From Candidatus Spongiisociaceae bacterium (GTDB taxonomy: Bacteria; Actinomycetota; Acidimicrobiia; Spongiisociales; Spongiisociaceae), in the NCBI GenBank assembly GCA_965219685.1, contig CBDCOH010000002.1:2272001-2336000 (forward strand): a DNA stretch of 64,000 nt. The letters run 5' to 3'. The notes under the pieces are model-generated. The model made no database searches and was not told the DNA's origin. It saw nothing but the letters and a program-made list of their open reading frames with translations. Position numbers and translations under genes: made by a program. Positions 48,860-59,083 of this stretch are shown here, piece by piece; positions within the stretch are counted from its first letter, which is position 1, and the number at the start of each line of letters is the position of its first letter.

Positions 48860-51097
48860 TCAGATCTTGGAGAGAGGCGCCCAGCAGAGGAGCAGCCGTT
48901 TGTGGCCGGCCGTCTCGAACAGGACCTCGACCTCGGCCCGGTCCCCTTCGCCCGTGACCGCCTGAACGCGGCCCATCCCCCACTTGTCGTGCCTCACTCG
49001 ATCACCCGCCGATATCTCCCGGTCGGACAGGGGGCCGCCCCGGTCCGCGATCGACTCCTTGCGGGCGTCCCGTTTCCGGAACCGGACGTTGCTCATCAGG
49101 TCGAGAGGGATCTCCTTGAGGAAGCGGGAAGGTCCGTTGTGAGAGGACATCCCGTAGAGCATCCGGGTCCGCGAGCGGGACAGGTAGAGGCGGCGGCGGG
49201 CCCTGGTCAACCCCACGTAGCAGAGCCGCCTCTCCTCCTCAAGTTCGTCGGGGTCGGTCAGGGACCGTGCGTGGGGGAACACTCCGTCCTCCATCCCGAC
49301 TATGAACACCACCGGGAACTCGAGGCCCTTGGCGTTGTGCAGGGTCATCAGCGTGACCGCGCCACTCCCCTCCTCGAGATCGTCGATGTCTCCCCTCAGG
49401 CTGACCGACTCCAGATAGAGCTCCAGGCGCCGGAGCCCCTCCAATTCATCCCATGGCTCCGTCTCCGCCGCCTGCCTGCGCGACTCGACCTCGAACTCCT
49501 CGGCGCCGGATACCAGCTCCCGCAGGTTATCGGCCCTGCCCAGGGCCTCGAAAGTACCGTCTGCTTCGACCGACTCCAGATAGCCGACATCTTCCAGGAC
49601 CGCCTTGACCAGGGCGGCAGGACCGTCGTCGACCCTCCGCCGGAGATCCTCCACCAAGCGCAGGAATCCACGGATCGCATTGGCGGACCGGGTGGCGAGC
49701 GCGCCGATCTCGTCGCTGTGGCCCAGCGCGGTGAAGAAGGAGACGCCTTCCGCCTCGGCGTACCTCTCCACGTGCCCGATCGTGACATTGCCTATGCCGC
49801 GCCGGGGAAGGTTGACGATGCGCCGCACCGAGATGTCGTCATCCGGGTTGCAGAGGACGCGCAAGTAGGCGAGCACGTCCTTGATCTCGCGGCGCTCGTA
49901 GAACCTGACCGACCCGATCACGTTGTGGTGGATCTCGTATCGGCCGAGCACCTCCTCCATAACCCGGCTCTGGGCGTTGACCCGGTAGAAGACCGCCATC
50001 TCGGAGAGGTCGAAGCCCTCGGACTCGAGATTGAACACCTCGTCGGCCACGAACCCGGCCTCGTCACGTTCGTCCTCGGCGTCGTAGAGCATCAAGGGTC
50101 TGCCGATTCCGAGATCGCTCCACAGGCGTTTGGGCCGGCGGGACCCGTTGTTGGAGATGACGGCGTTGGCAGCGGAGAGGATGGTCTCGGTCGAGCGGTA
50201 GTTCTGGTCGAGCACCACCACCTTCGCCTCTGGAAAGTCGCGCTCGAAGTCGAGGATGTTGCGGATGTCGGCGCCCCGGAAGCGGTAGATCGACTGGTCG
50301 GCGTCCCCTACCGCACAGATGTTGCGGTGCCGGCCGGCAAGTTGCTTCACGAGCACGTACTGGGCCCGGTTGGTGTCCTGGAACTCGTCCACGTGGAGGT
50401 AGCGGAAGCGGTCCTGGTAATGCTCCAGCAAGTCCGGGAAGGCATCGAACAGCACGGTGGTGACCATCAGCAGGTCGTCGAAGTCCATCGCCGAGGCTTC
50501 CACCAGCCGCTGCTGGTAGAGGCGGTACACATCGGCCACGATCTCGTGATGGAACCCGTATCCCTGGCCCCCGAAGGCCTCGTAGTCGATCAGTTCGTTC
50601 TTGGCTTTCGAGATGGTGGCCCGGATTGACCGAGGTGGGAACTTCTTGGTGTCGAGGCCCAGGTCCCGCACCACCAGTGAGACGGCCCGCAGTGAGTCGC
50701 GAGAGTCGTAGATCGTGAAGCCGGACCGGTATCCCAGCCGGGGCGCCTCGCGGCGCAGGATCCGGACGCACGCGGAGTGGAACGTGGAAACCCACATGGT
50801 GCGTGCCGCGCGACCCACCAGGCGCCCGACCCGCTCCTTCATCTCCCCTGCTGCCTTGTTGGTGAACGTGATGGCCAGCACGTCCCAGGGTGATACGTGC
50901 AGATCACGGATGAGGTGGGCAACCCGGTAGGTGAGCACCCGCGTCTTGCCCGAGCCCGCGCCTGCAACGACCAGCACCGGTCCTTCGGTGGTAGCCACCG
51001 CCTCCCGCTGCACCGGGTTGAGATCGTCGAAGAGTACCGAGTCGACGGTCTCGGACCGCGCGGGATTGGTTTCCATCAACTTGACCATGCCGGCCAT
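48860..51097 (-). CDS. pcrA: ATP-dependent DNA helicase PcrA/UvrD
   Basis: AGAGSGKT, TFTNKAA, DEFQDTN, QNYRST, HNAKGLEF, EERRLCYVG; exact start uncertain. Confidence 0.95.
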   Translation of the reverse strand: MAGMVKLMETNPARSETVDSVLFDDLNPVQREAVATTEGPVLVVAGAGSGKTRVLTYRVAHLIRDLHVSPWDVLAITFTNKAAGEMKERVGRLVGRAARTMWVSTFHSACVRILRREAPRLGYRSGFTIYDSRDSLRAVSLVVRDLGLDTKKFPPRSIRATISKAKNELIDYEAFGGQGYGFHHEIVADVYRLYQQRLVEASAMDFDDLLMVTTVLFDAFPDLLEHYQDRFRYLHVDEFQDTNRAQYVLVKQLAGRHRNICAVGDADQSIYRFRGADIRNILDFERDFPEAKVVVLDQNYRSTETILSAANAVISNNGSRRPKRLWSDLGIGRPLMLYDAEDERDEAGFVADEVFNLESEGFDLSEMAVFYRVNAQSRVMEEVLGRYEIHHNVIGSVRFYERREIKDVLAYLRVLCNPDDDISVRRIVNLPRRGIGNVTIGHVERYAEAEGVSFFTALGHSDEIGALATRSANAIRGFLRLVEDLRRRVDDGPAALVKAVLEDVGYLESVEADGTFEALGRADNLRELVSGAEEFEVESRRQAAETEPWDELEGLRRLELYLESVSLRGDIDDLEEGSGAVTLMTLHNAKGLEFPVVFIVGMEDGVFPHARSLTDPDELEEERRLCYVGLTRARRRLYLSRSRTRMLYGMSSHNGPSRFLKEIPLDLMSNVRFRKRDARKESIADRGGPLSDREISAGDRVRHDKWGMGRVQAVTGEGDRAEVEVLFETAGHKRLLLCWAPLSKI

Positions 51098-51118
51098 CTT
51101 ACCGGCGGTCCATGACAG

Positions 51119-51140
51119 CTAATCACACAGCTGTGATTAG
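51119..51140. promoter_or_regulatory. AATnACA-N4-TGTnATT palindrome
   Basis: CT-AATCACACAGCTGTGATT-AG between divergent pcrA and the OYE gene. Confidence 0.7.
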
Positions 51141-51266
51141 ACCGCTCGTGGGCACGAACGGTCACCTGAAAGGGATGTTCGGCGGCACGCAGTCAAGCGT
51201 GTCTCCGCATTAGGTCGGTAGTGCCAGAATGCCCCCACCCGAACACGCCACCGTCAGGAGACCGCG

Positions 51267-52469
51267 ATGAGCAACCTCCCCCTATACCTGCGGCCAGGGC
51301 GGATCGGGCCGGTTACCATCGCCAACCGGATCGTGCGCGCCGCCACGTCGGAGACCATGGCGACACCCGACGGGGAGGTGCTGGACAGCTACGTGGACCT
51401 GTATCGTCGCCTCGCCGACGGCGGAGCGGGCCTCATCCTCACCGGACACATGTACGTCGACCCCCGTGGGCAGGCCAGCCGCAACCAGACGGGGATCCAC
51501 CGCGATGGAGTGATCCCTTCGCTCCGGCGCGCTACCGACTCCGTGCACGAGGCCGGCGGGAGGATTTTCGCCCAACTCGGCCATTGCGGTAGCCAGACCA
51601 AGATGTCTTCCATCACCCCCGTCGCGCCTTCTCCGGTGCCGAACGCCATGTACGCCAAGCAACCCGAGGAACTGTCGGCAGCCGGCATCGAGGCATTGGT
51701 GCGAGCCTTCGGCCACGCCGCCGGGCGGGCAGCCGAGGCGGGCTTCGACGGCGTCCACATTCACGGCGGCAACGGCTATCTGATCTCGGAGTTCTGCTCG
51801 CCGCACGCCAACACGCGGGAGGACCGATGGGGTGGGGACCCCGAGCGCCGCAGCCGCTTCTTCCTCGAGGTCTACAAGGCCGTACGCGCAGCGGTGGGAA
51901 CCGGCTTTCCCGTGACGGCGCGGCTCAGCGTGGAGGACTCCGTTCCGGGCGGCCTCCAGCGGGAGGAGTCGCTTCAGCGGGCCAAGCTGCTGGCCGGCCA
52001 CGGCATCGATGGATTCGAGACCACTTTCGGCGTCATGCGCAGCTACACGGAGAACATTCGCCCATACGTGGCGGTCGGCCGCGGCCAGGCTCTTCGACAG
52101 ATGCTGGTGCAACGGTCGTGGACCCCCGAGGGCGGGGAAGCCTATTACCGGCCCTTCGCTCGCGATGTCCGCAGAGCCGCTCGCGTGCCGGTCATCCTGG
52201 TGGGGGGCCTACGCACCACCGGGACCATGACCGATGTCCTGGCCTCCGGCGACGCCGACTTCCTCGCCATGGCCCGCCCGTTCATCCGCGAACCCGACCT
52301 CGTGCGCAAGCTGGAAGCGGGACGGACGGGCGGTGTCGAGTGCGTTTCGTGCAACATGTGCCTGGCCCACGACGGCTGGGACCCGTTGCAGTGCTGGCGC
52401 GACTCCCCGACCAACGTCATCCGCCACATCGGCAGGCACTACTGGACCAACCGCCGCAACCCCCAGTAG
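51267..52469 (+). CDS. NADH:flavin oxidoreductase (Old Yellow Enzyme family)
   Basis: NRIVRAATSE, QLGHCG, GFDGVHIHGGNGYL, NTREDRWGG, ARPFIREPDL. Confidence 0.9.
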   Translation: MSNLPLYLRPGRIGPVTIANRIVRAATSETMATPDGEVLDSYVDLYRRLADGGAGLILTGHMYVDPRGQASRNQTGIHRDGVIPSLRRATDSVHEAGGRIFAQLGHCGSQTKMSSITPVAPSPVPNAMYAKQPEELSAAGIEALVRAFGHAAGRAAEAGFDGVHIHGGNGYLISEFCSPHANTREDRWGGDPERRSRFFLEVYKAVRAAVGTGFPVTARLSVEDSVPGGLQREESLQRAKLLAGHGIDGFETTFGVMRSYTENIRPYVAVGRGQALRQMLVQRSWTPEGGEAYYRPFARDVRRAARVPVILVGGLRTTGTMTDVLASGDADFLAMARPFIREPDLVRKLEAGRTGGVECVSCNMCLAHDGWDPLQCWRDSPTNVIRHIGRHYWTNRRNPQ

Positions 52470-52507
52470 AAAGTGGCGCAGCCGCTGCCGGCTAGGACGG
52501 TTAGTTC

Positions 52508-52839
52508 CTAGTGTCCTGATTCTCTAGTTCGGCTGTGGTTTTGAAACGGGTTCAGTCATACGAGGGTTGGTTCTGTCACAGGCCTGCTGCATAGTGGTCG
52601 ATAACCGCAAAGCACCAACGGTCCGTTTCTCGGTACCGACCGGACCGGGTCGGGTTCATGTTGTCCACCAGACCCTCCCAGAGGGCAAGGCGGGACGCGT
52701 TTCGACGCTGAGGAGGCGGCGGTTGGGGGTGGGCCCGCTGGAGGAGACCGCCCTGGCAGTTTTCGCGGTCTCGGCTCCCGGAGATCGGCGTGTCCTGGGA
52801 GGCATAAGTGTTCAGCGAATCTCCGACTCAGGACACTAG
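52508..52839. mobile_element. IS630-like non-autonomous element (MITE), 332 bp
   Basis: Ends CTAGTGTCCTGATTC / GACTCAGGACACTAG (14/15 inverted match); right end translates to QRISDSGH*; no transposase inside. Confidence 0.65.
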
Positions 52840-52924
52840 TTGGTAGTTGGTAGTTGGTGAGCGGTGGCCACACCGGCAGGCCAAGTGTGCTAGTAGGCAA
52901 CCGGCAATAGGCAACCGGCAACCG
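52837..52924. repeat. Paired heptamer arrays (TAGTTGG)x3 and (GGCAACC)x4
   Basis: 52837-52857 and 52896-52924. Confidence 0.85.
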
Positions 52925-52926
52925 AT

Positions 52927-53176
52927 CTACTCCCATTCGATGGTGGCGGGGGGTTTGGAGGAAATGTCGTAGGCGACCCGGTTGATGCCCGGCACCTCGT
53001 TCATGATCCGGCTCGAGATCCTTTCCAGAACGGGGTAAGGGATGCGGGCGAAGTAGGCCGTCATCGCATCCTCCGAGGTGACCGCCCGCACGATGAGCGC
53101 GTGCGCATAGGTACGGCCGTCGCCTTGGACCCCGACCGTCCTGACGGAGGGAAGGACCGCGAAGGACTGCCAGATG
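52927..53176 (-). pseudogene. guaA: Duplicated 3' 250 bp of guaA
   Basis: Aligns without gaps to 54385-54634; about 19 mismatches by manual count, 2 nonsynonymous. Confidence 0.92.
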
Positions 53177-53261
53177 GAGTCAACGAAGCAATCTGCGGAG
53201 TCGATCAGATGATTCGAGACAGCGCGACGCGCGAGCCCTGTATTGCAAGGCCCGGTCACGA

Positions 53262-53281
53262 CAACCACATACTTGTGGTTG
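53262..53281. promoter_or_regulatory. Palindromic operator candidate
   Basis: CAACCACA-TACT-TGTGGTTG, 46 nt upstream of the cassette's first gene. Confidence 0.5.
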
Positions 53282-53327
53282 ACTCCAGAGGCGATGCACG
53301 GCAGCTAATCGAGCGTATCACCGGGCC

Positions 53328-53759
53328 ATGCCCGAACTTGACTACGCACTACTCGCCGACCACGTGCGAATCGACCAAGGAGTCGCGCACATCTTGGGGG
53401 CCGGGTGGGACGGCATCGAGATCAGCGAGTTGCCGATGGCCACCAATATCAGTCTCCTGATGAGAATAGGGTTCAGTCGAGCAGAGTGTGGGCGGCAACA
53501 CCGAATCGAGGTGCTGGTTCAAGATGAACACGGCGCCCGGATGTTCCATCTCACCCGAACGCTCGAACCCGAGTGGACTCTGCATTACCCGATCACGTGG
53601 AAGTCAAACGAGCAGTTCAAGCTCACCTTCCCGCTCGCCTTCACGCGCTACGGCCTGTACGACTGTATGATCCTCCTCAACGACAGCCTCCTCAAGACAA
53701 TCCCATTCATTGTCAAACCAATACCCGGATCGGCCAGCGGTCAACCGCAGACGGGTTAG
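53328..53759 (+). CDS. Hypothetical beta-rich protein (DUF6941-like)
   Basis: ELDYALLADH...HILGAGWD...GLYDCMILLND pattern. Confidence 0.6.
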   Translation: MPELDYALLADHVRIDQGVAHILGAGWDGIEISELPMATNISLLMRIGFSRAECGRQHRIEVLVQDEHGARMFHLTRTLEPEWTLHYPITWKSNEQFKLTFPLAFTRYGLYDCMILLNDSLLKTIPFIVKPIPGSASGQPQTG

Positions 53760-53764
53760 GGGCT

Positions 53765-54030
53765 GTGCGAGTCACCTACACACGCCACGCGCGTGCGCGG
53801 ATGCAGAGACGCGGCATCACATCTCAAGATATTGAAGCAGCGCTCGAACGCAGTTCGGCAACCCCGAGCCGGGCATTCCCGGTAGCATCTGGATAACGGG
53901 GATGGCGGCCGGCGGGCGAGCTCTGCGAGTGTGCGTGCGTACCGACAGCCGATACTATGTAATCACAGCCGCATGGCCGACCAGCAAGGAGGTGTCATCC
54001 GATGATCTTCTCCTACGACCACGATGCTGA
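53765..54030 (+). pseudogene. DUF4258-like (RelE/BrnT-like) toxin, frameshifted
   Basis: YTRHARARMQRRGITSQDIEAAL continues in another frame near 53850 as ...GRALRVCV...YVITAAW. Confidence 0.65.
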
Positions 54031-54289
54031 CGCTCTCTACATAGAGATGGCGGACGCGCCTGTGGCCCGAACGCGGCAGTTCGACGAGGGCACGATCGTT
54101 GACTTGGACGAGTCCGGCAAAGTGGTTGGCATCGAAGTACTCCGCCCGGCGCGTGACTGGCCGCTGGAACAGATCAAGGCCTCCTTCAGACTTGACAAAA
54201 GTGCGACGGCAATCCTCGATAGCTTGTGGGGCACTGGGCACGCGAAGCGACCCTACCCCTTCGCGAGACCCTTGCACCTCGTCGGTTAG
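54002..54289 (+). CDS. DUF2283 protein (putative antitoxin)
   Basis: YDHDADALYI...VDLDESGKVVGIEVL; AGGAGG RBS. Confidence 0.85.
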   Translation: MIFSYDHDADALYIEMADAPVARTRQFDEGTIVDLDESGKVVGIEVLRPARDWPLEQIKASFRLDKSATAILDSLWGTGHAKRPYPFARPLHLVG

Positions 54290-54355
54290 CCCGATCATCC
54301 CCTAACAGCTGCGGTTAGTCACAGTCCACCCAGAGACGCCGGCCCCCCGTCCCGA

Positions 54356-54382
54356 CAACCGGCAACCGGCAACCGGCAACCG
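54356..54382 (-). repeat. Heptamer array (CAACCGG)x4
   Basis: Directly downstream of the guaA stop; same unit follows the duplicated guaA end. Confidence 0.9.
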
Positions 54383-54384
54383 AC

Positions 54385-55971
54385 TCACTCCCACTCGATG
54401 GTGGCGGGGGGTTTGGAGGAGATGTCGTAGGCGACCCGGTTGATGCCCGGCACCTCGTTCATGACCCGGCTGGATATCCGTTCCAGGACCGGGTACGGGA
54501 TGCGGGCGAAGTCGGCCGTCATCGCATCCTCCGACGTGACCGCCCGCACGATGAGCGCGTGCGCATAGGTACGGCCGTCGCCCTGGACTCCGACCGTCCG
54601 GACGGAAGGGAGGACCGCGAACGACTGCCAGATGTCACGGTCCAGACCGGCTAGGTGTATCTCGTCGGTGACGATGACGTCCGCGGCCCTTAGGATCTCC
54701 AGCCGCTCCCCGGTCACCTCCCCGATGACCCGCACCGCCAGCCCCGGACCCGGGAACGGCTGGCGCCAGACGATCTCCTCGGGCAGGCCCAACTCCTCCC
54801 CCACCGCTCTCACCTCGTCCTTGAAGAGATCCCTCAGGGGCTCGATGAGCTCGAAATCGAAGTCGTCGGGCAGGCCACCCACGTTGTGATGGGTCTTAAT
54901 GGTCGCGGCCGTACCGCCTCCGGACTCGATCACGTCCGGGTACAGGGTGCCCTGTACCAGGAAACGGGCATCCGGTATGCCTGCGGTGGCCTCCTCGAAC
55001 GTCCTGATGAAGAGTTCGCCGATGATGTTGCGCTTCCGTTCCGGTTCGGTGACGCCGGCCAGGGCGCCGAGGAAGCGCTCCGACGCGTCGACGTGCACGA
55101 GGTTCATCTCGAAGTGCCGCCGGAACGTCTCGGTGACCTGGGAGGCCTCTCCCGCCCTCAGCAATCCGTGGTCGACGAAGACGCAGGTGAGACGATCGCC
55201 CACCGCCCGGTGTACGAGGGCGGCGGCCACCGACGAGTCCACACCACCGGAGAGACCGCATATGACCCGTGCGTCGCCCACCCGCCTTCTGATCGACTCC
55301 ACCTGGCCCGAAACGATCGACCCGCGGGTCCATGACGGCGGCGCTTGGCAGGCCCGCCGCACGAACCGCTCCAACATGGCGAGTCCGTGATCGGTATGGA
55401 CGACTTCGGGATGGAACTGGACCCCGTAGATGCCCCGGGAGCGGTCCTCCATCGCCGCCACCGGCGACCCGCCGGTCGAGGCGACCCTGGCGAACCCTTC
55501 CGGGACCCCTGTAACGGCGTCGGCGTGACTCATCCAGACATCCTGGCGTTCCGGCGAACCGTCCAGCAGAACGGAAGCCCCCTCGACCCTCAACTCGGTT
55601 CGCCCGTATTCGGGGTCGCCGGTCCGCTCCACCTTCCCTCCCAGCAGGCCCGCGAGCAGCTGATGGCCGTAGCAGATACCCAGAACCGGAACCCCTATCT
55701 CCAGCAGTTCCTTCTCGACCAGGTATGCGTCCTCCGCGTACACCGACAGCGGACCGCCGGAGAGGATGATGCCCAGCGGCCGGTGGGCGAGTGCCTGCTC
55801 GGCCGTGATCGTGTGGGGGACGATCAGCGAGAAGACCCCCGTCTGGCGAACTCGCCGGGCTATCAGCTGCGCGTACTGTGCCCCGAGGTCGACCACCAGG
55901 ACAGGCCGGTGGTGCCGGGCCTCGACACCGCTCGCCGCATCGCCGGCAGGCGCCTGCGCTGCTACCGGCAC
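54385..55971 (-). CDS. guaA: GMP synthase (glutamine-hydrolysing)
   Basis: [30 protein letters not shown]. Confidence 0.97.
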   Translation of the reverse strand: MPVAAQAPAGDAASGVEARHHRPVLVVDLGAQYAQLIARRVRQTGVFSLIVPHTITAEQALAHRPLGIILSGGPLSVYAEDAYLVEKELLEIGVPVLGICYGHQLLAGLLGGKVERTGDPEYGRTELRVEGASVLLDGSPERQDVWMSHADAVTGVPEGFARVASTGGSPVAAMEDRSRGIYGVQFHPEVVHTDHGLAMLERFVRRACQAPPSWTRGSIVSGQVESIRRRVGDARVICGLSGGVDSSVAAALVHRAVGDRLTCVFVDHGLLRAGEASQVTETFRRHFEMNLVHVDASERFLGALAGVTEPERKRNIIGELFIRTFEEATAGIPDARFLVQGTLYPDVIESGGGTAATIKTHHNVGGLPDDFDFELIEPLRDLFKDEVRAVGEELGLPEEIVWRQPFPGPGLAVRVIGEVTGERLEILRAADVIVTDEIHLAGLDRDIWQSFAVLPSVRTVGVQGDGRTYAHALIVRAVTSEDAMTADFARIPYPVLERISSRVMNEVPGINRVAYDISSKPPATIEWE

Positions 55972-55990
55972 GGAGAGGTCGGCACTGCGG

Positions 55991-57148
55991 TTACCCCATC
56001 CCGACCCGCTGGGTGCGCTGGAGAGCCTTACCCTCGGTCTTGATCGCCGGGGCCACCATCACCTCGGCCTTCTGGAAACTCTTCAGGTTGGCGTACCCGG
56101 TGGTGGCCAGGGCCATCCGCAGACCTCCGAAGAGATTCTGGCGGCCGTCGTTCTCGTGAGCCGGTCCCACCAGGATCTGTTCCAAGCTGCCGAGGCGGCC
56201 GGCCATCACCCTGGCTCCGCGGGGCAGGGTGGGATGGAAGGTGGCCATCCCCCAATGAGCTCCGCGCCCGGGTGCCTCGTGAGCCGCGGCCAGCGGGGAG
56301 CCGATCATCACCGAGTCAGCCCCGCAGGCGATCGCCTTGGCGATGTCGCCACCGGTGCGCATTCCGCCGTCTGCGATCACATGGACGTAGCGGCCGGTCT
56401 CGTCCAGGTAGCGGATCCGAGCCGCCGCGGCGTCAGCGATGGCGGTGGCCTGGGGGACTCCGACGCCGAGCACGCCGCGGGTGGTGCAGGCGGCTCCGGG
56501 CCCGACCCCGACCAGGACGCCGGCCGCTCCGGTACGCATCAGGTGGATGGCCCCCGCGTAGGACGCACAGCCGCCGACTATCACCGGGATGTCCAGATCG
56601 GCGATGAAGGAGTACAGATCGAGGGGCTCGCCCTCGGTGGTCACATGCTCGGCCGACACCACCGTTCCCTGGATCACCAGGATGTCGAGCCTCGAGGCCA
56701 GGACCGCGTCGACGTAACGCTCGACGCTCTGGGGGGTCAGGGCCCCAGCTGTGATAACACCTGCATCCCCGATCTGCGCGATCCGCTGCTGCATCAGGTC
56801 CGGGATCACGGGAGCCCGGTATATGTCCTGCATACGCCGGGTCGCCTTCTCGGCCGGCAGAGCGGCGATCTCCTCCAGCAAGGGCCCCGGATGCTCGTAA
56901 CGGGACCACAGTCCCTCGAGGTTGAGCACGCCCAGACCCCCGAGACGCCCGATCTCGATAGCGGTCGCCGGACTCAGGACCGAGTCCATGGCGGAGGCGA
57001 GCATCGGGAGGCGGAGACGGAAGGCGTCGATCTCCCAGGTGATGTCGACGTCGTCGGGGTTACGCGTCCGCCGGCTGGGAACGATGGAGATGTCGTCGAA
57101 GCCGAAGGCGCGCCGGCCCGACTTGGCCATACCGATGCTTATCTCCAC
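55991..57148 (-). CDS. guaB3: GuaB3-type IMP dehydrogenase family protein
   Basis: [41 protein letters not shown]. Confidence 0.9.
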   Translation of the reverse strand: MEISIGMAKSGRRAFGFDDISIVPSRRTRNPDDVDITWEIDAFRLRLPMLASAMDSVLSPATAIEIGRLGGLGVLNLEGLWSRYEHPGPLLEEIAALPAEKATRRMQDIYRAPVIPDLMQQRIAQIGDAGVITAGALTPQSVERYVDAVLASRLDILVIQGTVVSAEHVTTEGEPLDLYSFIADLDIPVIVGGCASYAGAIHLMRTGAAGVLVGVGPGAACTTRGVLGVGVPQATAIADAAAARIRYLDETGRYVHVIADGGMRTGGDIAKAIACGADSVMIGSPLAAAHEAPGRGAHWGMATFHPTLPRGARVMAGRLGSLEQILVGPAHENDGRQNLFGGLRMALATTGYANLKSFQKAEVMVAPAIKTEGKALQRTQRVGMG

Positions 57149-57250
57149 CCCGTCCCCCGGTCGTCCTGGCGTCGGGTCAAAGCTACCAGACGCCTGCCCG
57201 TCGGCTGCGGACCCTCGGGCACCGAGCAGCCGGAGTACCCTACCGGATCC

Positions 57251-57964
57251 GTGGGTAGAACTTCCTGGCGCTGGTACGACATCCCGATCGTCATGGCGGG
57301 AGGCGCGCTTGCCAGCCTCATCGCGGGCGCGCTGGCCGGCGCAGTGTTCGGGACCGCCCCCGAAGACGCCCATCTGGTGTTCTGGCTGATCATCCCCTTC
57401 CAGAACCTCGGGCTCATCGGGAGCCTGGTGCTGGTCGGACGGATGCGGGGACACCGGGATCTCGGCGCGGAGCTGGGACTGGTTGTGGAGCCGCGCCAGA
57501 CCTGGTGGGTGGCGGCGGGCGCCGCTTCCCTGCTCCCGCTGAGCTTCCTTGCAGCCGCGCTCAGGTCCGCTCTGGGAGTGGAGGACGAGAGCCCGCAAGC
57601 CGTCGTGGACGCCGCCATGGAGGTGAGCGGGACCGTGACCATGGTGGCAGTCGCGATCGGCGTCTGCGTGCTGGGACCGGTTGCCGAGGAACTCCTCTAC
57701 CGGGGTCTCACCTTCCGGATCGCCCTCCGGCGCGGAGCGCCGCCGTGGATGGCGGTGGTGATCTCAGCCGCGGTGTTCACCGCTGCCCATCTGGCCGACC
57801 CGACCCTCTTCTCGCTGGCGGGCCTCGTTACCCTTTCCGCCCTCTTCGCCTTCGCCCTCTTCCTCGGTGTGTTGAGGGTCAGGACCGGTGGCCTCGGCGC
57901 GCCCATCTTCGCCCACAGCGGTTTCAACCTGACGACCCTGGCGCTGATTTTCTTCTTTGCGTAG
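57251..57964 (+). CDS. CPBP/Abi family intramembrane metalloprotease
   Basis: EELLYRG, FTAAH, HSGFN; multiple TMs; start inferred. Confidence 0.85.
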   Translation: MGRTSWRWYDIPIVMAGGALASLIAGALAGAVFGTAPEDAHLVFWLIIPFQNLGLIGSLVLVGRMRGHRDLGAELGLVVEPRQTWWVAAGAASLLPLSFLAAALRSALGVEDESPQAVVDAAMEVSGTVTMVAVAIGVCVLGPVAEELLYRGLTFRIALRRGAPPWMAVVISAAVFTAAHLADPTLFSLAGLVTLSALFAFALFLGVLRVRTGGLGAPIFAHSGFNLTTLALIFFFA

Positions 57965-58000
57965 GGAAGGACAGCCCGGCGATCCACCCACGACGCAGGC

Positions 58001-58981
58001 TCAGTTCGAAAGCCCGATCAGCCTTCGCACCTCGACCATCGTACGCTCGGCCCGTTCCCCGGCCTCCGCGGCCCCCTCGTCCATGAGCCTCTTCACCTCG
58101 CCGTCGCCGAGGCCCAGATAGGCCTCCCGGACCGGCGCGAGGCCGGTTGCCACCGCCTCCGCCACCGTCTCCTTGAGTTGCCCGTAACCCGACCCGGCGT
58201 GACGGCCGGCCAGTTCCTCCACGGTGTTCCCGGTGAACACCGCCAGGATGTCCAGAAGGTTGCTTATCCCCGGCTTCCGCTCGACGTCGTAGGCGACCCG
58301 GGCCTCCGAGTCGGTAACGGCACGCCTCACCTTGCGCCTTATCGTGTCGGCGTCGTCCGTCACCAGAATCCGTGAACTCCCGTCGGGATCGGACTTCGAC
58401 ATCTTGGATGTCGGTTCCTTCAGTGACATGACCCGGGCTCCCAGTCCGGGAGTTATCTGCTCGGGTACCGGGAAGAAGTCGCCGTACCGCGAGTTGAACC
58501 GGTCCACCAGGTCACGAGTGAATTCCAGGTGCTGGGTCTGGTCGTTGCCGACCGGGACGGCATGAACCCGGTGAACCAGTATGTCGGCCGCCATGAGCAC
58601 CGGGTAGGCGAACAGACCCAGGTTCTGGCCACCCTTGTCCAGCTTCTCCTTGTACTGGGTCATCCTGCCCAACTGGCCCATCGAAGCCAGTGTCCCGAGT
58701 ATCCACGAGAGCTCGGCGTGCTGGGGAACCTGGCTCTGGAGGTAGACCAGGGACCGCTTCGGGTCGATCCCGGCCGCCAGCAGGATCTTGGCGGTCCGTA
58801 GGCGCGCTTCGGCGAGAGCCGACGGGACCTGGGGCAGGGTGAGGGCATGGAGGTCCACCACGCAATACACGGTTTCGTAATCGTCCTGCATGGCGACCCA
58901 GTTACGCAGTGCCCCCATGTAGTTGCCGATGTGGATGTCACCACTGGGCTGAATTCCCGAAAAGACTCTCTTCCTGGTCAC
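58001..58981 (-). CDS. trpS: Tryptophan--tRNA ligase
   Basis: SGIQPSG, HIGN, YPVLMAADI, KMSKS. Confidence 0.96.
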   Translation of the reverse strand: MTRKRVFSGIQPSGDIHIGNYMGALRNWVAMQDDYETVYCVVDLHALTLPQVPSALAEARLRTAKILLAAGIDPKRSLVYLQSQVPQHAELSWILGTLASMGQLGRMTQYKEKLDKGGQNLGLFAYPVLMAADILVHRVHAVPVGNDQTQHLEFTRDLVDRFNSRYGDFFPVPEQITPGLGARVMSLKEPTSKMSKSDPDGSSRILVTDDADTIRRKVRRAVTDSEARVAYDVERKPGISNLLDILAVFTGNTVEELAGRHAGSGYGQLKETVAEAVATGLAPVREAYLGLGDGEVKRLMDEGAAEAGERAERTMVEVRRLIGLSN

Positions 58982-59016
58982 GTCGCATATCGTAGTGGCT
59001 CGTGGGCGGTCGTCAG

Positions 59017-59083
59017 TGGTGAGTGGTGAATGGTGAATGGTGAATGGTGAATGGTGAGTGGGGAATGGTGAATGGGGAATGGT
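59017..59083 (+). repeat. Heptamer array (TGGKGAR)x~9.5
   Basis: Read directly between divergent trpS and cimA; short CA-rich tract follows at 59099-59117. Confidence 0.92.

Noticed and set aside
43114-50629. Long antisense ORFs (43114-44838, 44835-46202, 48902-50629; also 58978-60804)
   Set aside because: Shadow frames of high-GC housekeeping genes with no recognisable motifs.
53262-53281. NrdR box
   Set aside because: Arm spacing does not fit the consensus as I recall it, and no nrd genes are adjacent.
52927-54634. DGR template/variable repeat pair
   Set aside because: Differences are mostly synonymous third-position changes, not adenine-specific; no reverse transcriptase; the target is guaA.
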